Part shown: one piece after another, positions 54,101 through 64,000 of the stretch | How positions within the stretch are numbered: position 1 is the stretch's first letter | Layout: the number at the start of each line of letters is the position of its first letter | Assembly (NCBI GenBank): GCA_026770705.1 | Contig: JANJGN010000008.1 | Coordinates: 173,104,001 to 173,168,000 of the forward strand | Length of the DNA: 64,000 bases | Source of the DNA: Isurus oxyrinchus | Lineage: Eukaryota | Direction of reading: 5' to 3' | The notes under the pieces: model-generated | The model's database searches: none | What the model saw: only the letters and a program-made list of their open reading frames with translations | What the model was told of the DNA's origin: nothing | Program-made: the position numbers and the translations under genes

Positions 54101-54250
54101 TTCCATTAAATATAACAGATTTTTACATTTATATTGTTTTATTAACTGCCCCAACAGTATTTGCACAATAGCATGTCGTATCAGCAAGCAGCGTCTTTGG
54201 AAAGTTTTGTTTCTGAAACATTACTGCACTTAACAATAGTGTGACATCTG
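51150..54250 (-). mobile_element. Degenerate Ty3/Gypsy LTR-retrotransposon internal region
   Basis: Integrase SNSRVENAVQTIKRLMKK...WRNTP..G.SP.Q.LM..RT (51565-51790); RNase H end YKQGTYVCIADTFSR (52647-52691); possible protease (about 53840-53870) and CKYC knuckle (about 54150); order fits gag-PR-RT-RH-IN on the minus strand. Confidence 0.85.
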
Positions 54251-55489
54251 CACCTCTAGCTTGGATCTCAAGATTGTGTTTGATTCCTCTGTACAATTCA
54301 ATCTACATTTGCCTATCACACATGTTGCACCTTCATTACAGGGCTTTAGTGTTGTTTTATTAACAGTCTATCTATAATGAAGGATCCATGGGAAATGCTA
54401 CTCCTGCCATTTAAAAAAAACTGAAGTAGTGAATAGAAATGTAAGTTAATTCAGTTCAATTTCAATTGGACTTTTTTTTAGCCTTACAGACAGAAATTCA
54501 GCAAATCTGGACTCACCTAAAAGTCATTTTGAGTCTCCCAGGTAGCTTCACAACTACTGAACCAGGCAAATAACAGCCAGAAAACATTAATCCACTATAA
54601 AGAGCAGGAAGCAGTGCATAATTAAGCAGACCAAAAGATTTGTATAACCTTATTCACTAACCCAGCCATTTCCATATTCTGAAAGACTGATTTGTATTTC
54701 TAGGACATTAATAGTTGCTCTTATGAGTGTAATCAACCTGTGGGGTTTTAAGTTAGAAGCAATTTGATATTGAAATTAAGCACGTAGCTGCTTCTGTAGT
54801 TTGTACTGAAAACTATATTTATTTCTTGATGAATTGACCATTTTACTTATTACTGTATAAATATTTATAAACTGAAAGTTTTAAATTCCCATGAAAGAGA
54901 ATGAACCATAAGCTGGACATTGCATTATAGCTTTTCAAAAGTTTCTGCTCATCTTTTTAGATGTGTCAAGTTGATTATTGCTTATCTGGTAAAATGCTGA
55001 TGATTGTGGTGCAGCAGATTATTGATTATTGTCTAATGGTGTTGGGGTGACTGCTCAGTCTGCAGTACAGTTCTCTTTGGCAACCTTCACCCATCAGCAA
55101 TGAATATGGAATCTAAAGCAGTTAATATTCTTAGGGAATTATCACCTTGGATACTGACTGGGCAAATGGCAAGACCACCAATACTGGTCCAAATTTCTTG
55201 GGGGTTGAGTTTGATATCTCCTAAAAATGGGCACAGGGATTACAAATAACCCATGCCCGTTGATTGAAATGCAAGTAAATGCTAACTTCATGCTACCTTT
55301 TTACTATCATGATTTCTGTGTAAAGCCGATCCTCTCCGCACTGTTCATTGGCTTGCAAGTCTAGTGCTACTTAAAACCAGCCTTCCTTACTTAAAGCTAG
55401 CCCACACATTTTAAGGAGAAGGTGTATTGTGGCTGCAGGAGATGCTAAGATAACTGAGAAATGTGCTAGGCAACAAGTAACGATGACTG

Positions 55490-55700
55490 ATCATGGGAGA
55501 GATTGTGCACCAAAGTCTTCAGGTGGATGTCTTAACTGATAAAGTGCAAAGGAGAGATATTCTGCATCCTCAGGGAGATCAGATGTATACTCAGAAGGTA
55601 GTGGCAAGAGATAGCAGAAAAGGTCAAAGCCAGGAGTAAATCTCCAAGAACATGGATGTTTTGCAGGAAGAAGTTTAATAATCTCACCCAGGCCATCAAG
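55490..55700 (+). pseudogene. Harbinger Myb/SANT-like DNA-binding ORF remnant, exon 1
   Basis: Hand translation from 55602: WQEIAEKVKARSKSPRTWMFCRKKFNNLTQAIK|gtcagt; likely continuation EKVVHKRKQQDLTG at about 56640-56685. Confidence 0.8.
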
Positions 55701-55869
55701 GTCAGTGAAAGCATTTTCAAATGCCATATCATTCTGAGTGCATTACTAGCCTCAGTCACTGATCAATTCACTACATCCCCATCACTCACCCACCACCAAC
55801 TAATCAGGACTCGTGCCTAAAATCCAAATGCTTCGCCTCACCCTCACAACTTAACACTGCTGCAAGCAT

Positions 55870-56525
55870 CATCCCTTGACATTCAATGGCATTACCATCA
55901 CCGAATCCCCCACTATCAACATCCTGGGGGCTACCATTGACCAGAAACTGAACTGAACTAGCTATATAAATACTATGGTTACAAGAGCAGATCAGAGGCT
56001 AGGAATCCAATAGCAAGTAACTCACCTCCTGACTCCCCAAAGCCTGTCTTGTGATGGAATACTCTACACTTGCTTGGACGAGTGCAAAAACACTCAAGAA
56101 ACTCAACACCATCCAGGGAAAAAGCAGCCTGCTTGATTGACACCCCATCCACAAGCATTTACACACTCCACCTCCAACACACAGAGGCAGCAGTGTGTAC
56201 CATCTACAAGATGCACTGCAGGAACTCATCAAGGCACCTTCAACAGCACCTTCCAAACCCACTACCACTACTATCTCAAAGAACAAGGGCAGCAGACATA
56301 TGGGAACACCACCACTTGGAAGTTCCCCTCCAAGCCACTCACCATCCTGACTTGGAAATATATCACCATTCCTTCACTGTCGCTGGGTCAGAATCCTGGA
56401 ACTCCCTCCCTAACAGCGCTGTGGGTGTACCTACACCGCATGGACTGCAGGCTTCTCAAGGGCAATTAGGGATGGACGATAAATGCTGGCCTGGTCAGCG
56501 ACACCCATATCCCATGAATGAATGA
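55870..56525 (+). mobile_element. LINE (CR1/L2 group) 3' 650 bp inserted within the Harbinger relic
   Basis: ESPTINILG..IDQKLN; decayed HSLHHRR-type motif; SWNSLPNS; ends (atga)n tail. Confidence 0.85.
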
Positions 56526-57093
56526 AGAAACAGCCTCAAACCCACACTTCACAGCTTGCACACGCTAACAGCTATTCGACCACATCAGCCAAGCAGATTG
56601 CACAGCACTCATTGACATGCTTCTTCCCTCTCTTGTGGGAGAAGGTGGTACACAAAAGGAAGCAGCAGGATCTAACTGGCATCTGCGAGGTGTGCTGCAT
56701 GCCCTAACACCATGGAGGAGGTGATGTTTGTCATCAGGAGAAGGACTATTGCCAAAGCTGTGGCAAATGTGGGAGGAGACAACTGAAGTGATTGAAGATG
56801 AGGGTATCCACATGCTTAATCTTTCTCTCATCTCACTCCTTCCTCACCCCACAATCTCTTCTGACTCGAGAAGCAGCTGATAATGTAAATACATCTTATT
56901 TTTTCCTCTCCTCTCATCACAAACTTACCTTACCCCCTTTTCGTTTCAGATACCTAAGAACTGCAACCTGCCCAGTTAGTTGAGGAAGAACAAACAGACA
57001 ATGAAGATGAAGACACAGCAACACTCCAGACAAGGCAGTGGTGCTCAGACTGGTGTTATACAGTTCCAGTGCAATTTACTCTCCAACAGATGA

Positions 57094-57385
57094 CTAGGAT
57101 TGCTGAAGCACTGCCCTGAGTGTGTGGCATCGGCACAGAGAGAGGACTGCAGTAGAATTAATGCTTTGTGTTGTTTTTAAGATAATGAGCATGATGCACA
57201 GTTTGTGGCCACACACCAGCTGCGCATTGACAGAGGAGAATCCCTGTCCATTCAGCTGCATGGCAGAGTTAGCTTGAGGTGTCTGCAAAACAATATGCGT
57301 GCAGTCAGTGGCACGCTGCACCATGGGGACTGCTGCAATCCTTGTAGACCCTTGTTCACCCTGTCTGCTTGTCTCTGGCAAGAGA
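57094..57385 (-). pseudogene. Harbinger (HARBI1-like DDE) transposase remnant
   Basis: IAAVPMVQRATDCTHIV resembles IAGFPxVxGAIDCTHV; NGQGFSSVNAQLVCGH resembles NRKGFHSxNVQLVCDH. Confidence 0.85.
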
Positions 57386-57811
57386 TAATGAGTTGAAGGT
57401 ATGGATGTTTTTCCCTAAATGCCGTCTGCAGATATGGACGTCTGCTCAGAGGCCTTCCTCCTCAACTACCAGTTTTCCACATCTAGGAACAACTGGTTAG
57501 CTCAGAAGCCTTTAAGGCAGCAAAAAAGTACTCCACAATACTGCCACATCATTCCTTGTAGACTACTGAAATTTTGACACTGTAGAAAGCACCCAAAATT
57601 GCAACAACCACCAAAAGAAATGAACCAGCAACTAAGCTGAAAGTAGTTCATGGTCCCCTGGTGGAGAAAGCCATGAAGATATTATGATTTCTTATTCTTG
57701 CAGATCATACCACCTCATGGTCTCTTTGGAAACAATCCAGAAGAGTTTTCTTTTTATAAGTCTTTGTTTCAGTTTTGATTTTAAGTGGGATTTAAGTTAA
57801 TCTTTGATTGT

Positions 57812-58063
57812 TAAAAACAAAAAAACTGCAGATGCTGGAAATCCAAAACAAAAACAGAATTACCTGGAAAAACTCAGCAGGTCCGGCAGCATCAGCGGAG
57901 AAGAAAAGAGTTGACGTTTCGAGTCCTCATGACCCTTCGACAGAATGTTTACTCGAACTCAAGTTCTGTCGAAGGGTCATGAGGACTTGAAATGTCAACT
58001 CTTTTCTTCTCCGCTGATGCTGCCGGACCTGCTGAGTTTTTCCAGGTAATTCTGTTTTTGTTT
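57812..58063. mobile_element. Young Penelope-pLTR-like palindromic element with 15-bp TSD and hammerhead-like cores
   Basis: About 100-bp near-perfect inverted arms (57845-57945 / 57964-58064); ttaatctttgattgt at 57797-57811 and 58064-58078. Confidence 0.85.
57962..58000 (+). ncRNA. Minimal type I hammerhead-ribozyme-like motif (mirror copy on the minus strand at 57908-57945)
   Basis: agtt-CTGTCGA-a-gggtc-atgag-gact(c/t)-GAAA-(c/t)GTC-aact: stem I, core, stem II, GAAA, NUH triplet. The core deviates from canonical CUGANGA. Confidence 0.55.
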
Positions 58064-59169
58064 TTAATCTTTGATTGTGTTGGTTAAATGATGAGGCCAC
58101 AGGACTCAGGTTGGTGTGGCGAGGGTTTGCAGAGACGATGGTCCCTGCAGCATGTGGACTGAGGAATTTTAATGAAGAAATTGGACAGCCTGTCATAGCT
58201 GAGCCCTTCCCAGCCGGGACATGAACAGGGTTAAAGACGTCCCTGTCTTAGTAAAGGTTCCGCCAATAACAAAAAGTGTTAAATGTTTAAGAGCCTCATC
58301 TGTTTTAGTTGTGAGGGAGCTGGAGCTGCATCTGCCACCATAGCGAGCCCCATTTTAACGCCCTTGTGTCCACAAACTTGTAAGGCTGGTTCCATAGCAC
58401 CTTTAAAAAAAACCTCCTAGGTTCAATGGAATTGACGTTTCAGAGAGAGTAGAATTTCTCACTAATAGTGTGGACAATATTAATCAAGATAAGGTGAGCC
58501 TCAAGGATAATTATATTGTTCAGTAGATGCACTGCAGGAATTCACCAAAGCCCCTGAGAAAGCATCTTCCAAGCCCACTCTTGCACGCCTGGACATGATA
58601 CAAGAAATAGACAGGTGACTTCTGATGTCCAGTTTCTCCCTTTCTGTTATTATCTTACTTGTCCATGTTGTATCATTAATATGATAGCAGAGTTTATTGA
58701 AATTTCCTCCTTTATGCCTCTTGTTGTAAATGTCTTCCTACACATCCTTATACCCATATTGTGTTGAAAGCTAGGCCCATTTCAGAGTCAACTATTTTAA
58801 CTCATTCTTTCACAGAGCCTGAAAATTGTGGAACTTCTCATTGTCTGTAGTTTCCCCCTCCCCTTCCAACCATCAGGCTTCTAAAACCCAGGCTTAACAT
58901 TGCATAATGATTGTATCTTGATTTACATCACCTTTGCTTTTACTTTTTTCAGGTTAGCTGGTGCCCTTAATGTTGGAACCCAGCCCTTCATTTTGGATTC
59001 TTAAATGTTAAAAAAAAAGTCTCTTCAAAAATATTCCTTTCATCCAGCGTTACAGTAATATTTTTTAACAAAAGTACAATTCTGCGATTAAAACCAATCC
59101 CAGTTTTCCGATAACGCTGTTCTGTTGGAAAGTACACCTGGCTGGGGATTCGTCAGTATTGCAAGGAAT

Positions 59170-59420
59170 GCTAAGCACAGAAACAGGCCATTCTGCCCAA
59201 TAGGTCCTAAGTGGCATCTATGCCCCACATGAGCTTCCTCCCACCCTTCTCCATTTAACCCTATCAACATAACCTTCTATTCCCTTTTCCCTCATCTGTT
59301 AACCTAGTTTCCCCTAAAGTGCATCGATGTTATACACATCAACTATCCCTAGTGATAGTGATGTCCATATGCAAAGCACTCTATGTGCAAATAAGTTTCT
59401 CCTGAATTCTCCATTGGATT
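59170..59420 (-). mobile_element. CR1-group LINE 3' fragment
   Basis: cacagaaacaggccattc...aagtttctcctgaattc..attggattt. Confidence 0.65.
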
Positions 59421-60389
59421 TGTTAGATTTATTCTACCTTTTTTACTCTCTATGGGGAAACACCTCAAGGCCATCTTTTATCCCTCTACCACCCTGCTTT
59501 CAGTCAAAAATGGACAGGCGGAAAATAAAACATCTATTCCTTTCGGGATTGTCATGCACATATTTAAATGGGGATCAAGTAAAATTATTGCAACATCAGT
59601 GCCATTTTTTGACCTCACCATTTCACGGATGCCAATTCCTGCTCTCAACCACCAACCATTGTTGGTACAAGTACTCAGATGATCATGTTAAATGCTATCT
59701 AAAGGGATGCTGTTAGGCAAAGTTCATGTTTAGCTTTTGGAAACAATTTACTTACAGCTGCAAGTATCTGTATGACCTTAAAGGATTGGAAGTGCTTGTA
59801 GTTGCTATTACAAGTTCTAAATTGTTAAGAGGTTCCTGGCATTTCAGTTGTTTCTTGATGAGATTCTTCCAGGAATCTGACTCTGGGAAGAGAATGAAGA
59901 GGAGGATTAGGAGGAAGGAGCAAATTGGCTGCAACTGTGGAGAGACCAAGTAGAAGGAAGCATGCTCTCCCAGGCATTTATAGGTTCTAGAGCAATTCAG
60001 TTGCAGTTCTCTGATAAGCACCACACAAGAAGGTTTGATTCTCTAGAGAGGCAGTGACAGAAATGTGTTGTATCCTGCAACAAGACCTGCAGACCGGAGT
60101 TGCAGCTAACACATTCTTCCCTGATGCCACCAAGAACTGCAGCCCTGATTATTTTTTGCCTCCAGCCCTTCCCCGGATGATACGAGCAATATAAGTAACT
60201 CTGTATGTTTGTATTAAACAGGTGACCAATATGTTGTTTGCTGGTGTAAGTACATTCCTGATGGACATTCAGAAGCAGCAGGATAGGGGTCTGGGGTTCT
60301 CACAAAATGAAGAATCCCTCAAGTCCAGGGCATCTCGGACTACACCCATGTTACCCTGCAGGTTTCTTCACACAATGCAATAGCCTTTA

Positions 60390-60745
60390 TAATTCACAAA
60401 CCCATCCTCTCTTTTAATGTGCAATTGATCAACATCCTGGGGGTTACAATGACCAGAAACTGAACTGGACTAGCCATATAAATATTGTGGCTACAAGAGC
60501 AGGTCAGAGACTAGAAATCCTAGATTGAGTAACTCACCTCCTTTCTCCCCAAAGCCTGTCCACCCTCTACAAGGTACAAGCCAGGAGTGCTTCGGATGAG
60601 TTACTCACTACAGGGTTTCTAGCCTCTAACCTGCTCTTGTAGCCACAATATTTATATGGCTAGTCCAGTTCAGTTTCTGGTCAATTGTAACCCCCCAGGA
60701 TGTTGATCAGTTGCACATTAAAAGAGTGGAAGGCTTTGTGAATTA
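60390..60745. repeat. Fold-back inverted repeat, about 147-bp arms with a 60-nt loop, largely LINE-derived
   Basis: 60390-60536 is the reverse complement of 60597-60745; the core matches 55915-56050. Confidence 0.9.
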
Positions 60746-60849
60746 CAATTTGATTTGATTGGTCCTCTGAAAAAATTCTTAAAACTAAGCATTTTATTTA
60801 GGCCTTTGTCACCAACTGCAATAAATGTGGGAAGGAGGGTGACTACCTG

Positions 60850-63800
60850 TCATTATGGGAAATATAATGGAAAGTATCAACATTTGGCAGAGGGATTATT
60901 GCATGCTTGTGGACTGAAGTTTAAGACAAGGAGTTATCTAAACCAGCGTGAACATCATCAACAAGTCGAGGTAAGTAATGAGAAGCGAATCATAAGGAGT
61001 AATCACCCCGCAGAGAGACAAAGGAAGAAAATCTTCATGGACTGTGGAGGAAATGAAACTCTTGCTCGAGCGCAAGATCAAATAGAAAGGCTCTCAAAAC
61101 ATTGGGGTGAAATTAGGTTTTAATAACCAAAATGAATAAATAAGTCTCAGATAAAAGAAGATCTGTAGAGATTATAGCCCTCAGGACCAACATGATGATG
61201 AAGAATAATCTAACAGTATTGTGGAGATCCCCGAGATAGTTTCAGATGATGGTGAAACAGTTAACCATGGTGTACAATCACTAGCGACAGCTAGTTTACA
61301 GGTTAGTTAGCAAGTGACCCAGGTGCCAGAGATAACAACAATGGACAAGAATGGCCATGATTTGACAGCTATGATTACTAATGCGGAACAATTGATTGTA
61401 CATCAGGTTGATGCAGATGGTACACTACAGGCCATTCATTTGAATGAAAGAATCACAGAAAGTGAAGAAAAAGGAGCGGTCTGGAGGCAATTTTAAAAGG
61501 AATTTTAATAACCGTTTTTATAATCTTTTAAATAGCTCTCTTAACAACAACAGTCCCTGTAAAAGATTTGTGGAAAAGAGTCAGCTTTTAAGACCCAGGT
61601 TCTTTTTAGAAATGAAAGGAGATTGGCAAGAAGAACAATGGGTGACCCAAATCAAGTCAAAAGCCCACTGGACATTGATAAATTCAACACAGATTTTATG
61701 AGTAAATTATTGAATTTTAATACTAAAACTGGCATTCATAAATTTGTCACCTGTCATAGAAATGCTAATAATAATGGTTTAATGGATGCAGTTAGTGAAA
61801 TAGAAATTAGTGGGGCCTTTTAGAAAATTTTAAGGAAAATACTGTTCCCAGTACTGATGATATGTGAGCTGACACCTTTCAGATTTAATAAACACCAATT
61901 TGATAATGTTACCAAGTCCCCTTATCTTATAAGTGAAAACCCAGATAGTTCCTGTCATATTCAAGATAAATAGAATTGCATTGCTGCCCTAATTGAAAGA
62001 CTCTAAAACATATCAATGATTGGTTAAATTTAACTCTGCTTCTTCAACAGAATAATCACTAAAAGATTGGCTAGTGCAATTAATCTTAATCCCAGACAGA
62101 AAAGATTTTATTGCAGCAACATATGGTAGCAATGCAATGCAAGCATCTCTATTCTTCAAAACTATTTCACTGGTGCAGAGTAGTAGCAGCAATGGACTGT
62201 TGTTTTTGTAGGCCTAGCTAAAGCCTGTGATTCTGCTAGCCATAATTTAATTTCTAAGGGCCTCAGTTGAATGAGATTGTGTGCCAAATGTATTAAATGA
62301 ATTGGTATGTATTCTGGAATCATGCCTGAGATTGGGGTTGTTAAAGGCAGGACTGTCTCTATATCCATCAGCAAGTATGTAAGCAAGGTGCCCCCTTATC
62401 ACCTATGATCTTTAACAGTTATGAATTCGCTCTTCTGTACTCTGGAAAAGAATGGTTCTGGCATCAGATTAGGGAGCACTGCCAGATCATTGAAACGTTC
62501 GGCTCTTCTGGCTTTTGTGAATGACATCACACTTCTCAGTGAATACCACATCAGAATAGCAATGAACTTGGCTATCTAGGATGCCTTCTGCAGGGAGATT
62601 GGTTTGGAGAATAGGAAAGTGATGGGCTTTCAGCTGAATAAAACTTCCCTCTACAATGTGGAAAAGTCCTGGAATTTGAAGAAAACAGGGCAATCGTATA
62701 TTACCCCAGTGTATCTTGGTACCCGTGTAAGTCTAGGGTAGATGTGAGGAAAAAAATTCTTGGATTGATAATCTGATGTTGACACCTTTGAAAGGTACAC
62801 AGAATGTTGAATTTTTAAGAGTTTACATGGTACCTCAAATTTAGCACCTTAAAGCAGATACTGCAAAATACATTGGATAGATTAGACAATGTAATTTTAA
62901 AAAGGTGTGAAAAACATCCTGCACTTAACTAACAACATTTCGGACAGTATTTTATATTATACAACAAAAACGTATATTTATATAGCACATTTAACATAAT
63001 AAAGTATTCCAAGGAGCTACACAGCAGCATTATAAAACCAAACATGAAAGTGAGCCAAAGAGGAGCTATCAGGTCAGATTACAAAAGTTTGTTCAAAGAG
63101 GTAGGTTTTAAGAAGTGTTTTAGAGGAGAAAAGTGGGAAGAGGTGGAAAGGTGTAGGGAGGGAATTCCAGAGCTTGGGGCCTAGGAATTGCTTTCCTTTT
63201 TAAATTAAGTCAGAGGATTACACCTACCAAGATTGGGGATCCAAAATCCTGCTGCTGTAATTAGGAAGTTCGAGGCCATTGAACATTCTCCTGGCTCCAT
63301 CATTAAGGCTTCATTTAGCTATAGTGACTCCAGCAATACCACAAATATTCGAAGGTATACAAGCTTGTGGATCTTAAATTAATTAGGGACTTTGAAGAGA
63401 CATTACAAAAGTCATTCATTACTAAACCCACTTTGGCTGGTGATGCAGAAATACCTTCACAGATCTTAATGGGTAGATTAAAGGAGATGAGTGCTGCCAA
63501 GGAGGAATGTGCCAGATGGAGAAATTGGGAGTTTCAGAAACTGACCAATTTAGTTTAAGGAGTTAAGCTGTCTTACTTTGTAATGATTTTACTTTGTATA
63601 TCTGGATCAATTTCAATAGTGATATCAGGCAATCTCATTTTATTCAGGCTCTTTTACTAAGGTTGAATATTTATCTGAATAAATACACCTGGGGCTGAAG
63701 TGGGCATTTGAAATACTGTAGAAGGTGTGGCTTCACATATTGCACATTTTTGGGAGCTGTTGGTTTGTTAAGAATGCCAGGACAAAAAGACATAAGATCC

Positions 63801-63900
63801 TCAAACTACTGAAGGCAAAGGCTGTGAAATACGTTTGGACTGTTTTTACTGAGCTGAGATTCAAACCTGTTGATGGGTGTGCTATGAAAGCCAGACATCA
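60850..63900 (+). mobile_element. Degenerate RLE-type non-LTR retrotransposon (R2/NeSL-like)
   Basis: Decayed C2H2-like ACGLKFKTRSYLNQREHH (about 60905-60960); RT KQGAPLSPMIFN (62381-62416), LAFVNDITLLS (62508-62540), YLG (about 62712); CRRCG (63717) then HIFGSC..VKNARTKRH (63743-63793) and E...G...K/PD (about 63850-63896); many frameshifts. Confidence 0.8.
62962..63186 (-). mobile_element. L2 3' end nested in the RLE element
   Basis: atttatatagcacatttaac...ggagggaattccagagcttggggcctagg; reverse of the family at 19680-20065. Confidence 0.75.
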
Positions 63901-64000
63901 GTCCAAATCTTCCTCCTCCGGATCGTGGGAGACCAGACATGCGGATCGATGTGGGAATTACCCAGGAAGTTTCAACTTTCGATGGGAATTCCCCTGCTCC

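Overview
Vertebrate genomic DNA, most likely from a cartilaginous fish (shark); this is inferred from the repeat complement (CR1/L2 LINEs, Deu-domain and V-SINEs, Penelope-type palindromes, Harbinger). It is not prokaryotic. The only host gene is LHX6 (LIM homeobox 6) on the minus strand. Seven coding exons (44912 down to 4589; 873 nt, 291 aa) have canonical GT-AG junctions in compatible phases and encode the N-terminus, both LIM domains and most of the homeodomain; the WFQN exon and 3' end lie left of the window. The introns and promoter are CpG-retaining and rich in homeodomain, NKX and TALE motifs, including an intron-1 element that matches, from memory, the NKX2-1 site reported for mouse Lhx6. 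The rest is repeats: an 18-bp and a 43-bp minisatellite, TSD-flanked palindromes carrying minimal hammerhead-ribozyme cores, a MITE nested in a CR1, a two-ORF Harbinger relic, a Gypsy relic, a fold-back hairpin, and a decayed R2/NeSL-like RLE retrotransposon outside rDNA. There is a 432-N gap. I found no wholly new system that I can support; the best leads are listed as findings. Repeat boundaries are approximate and family names come from motif recognition, not database searches.
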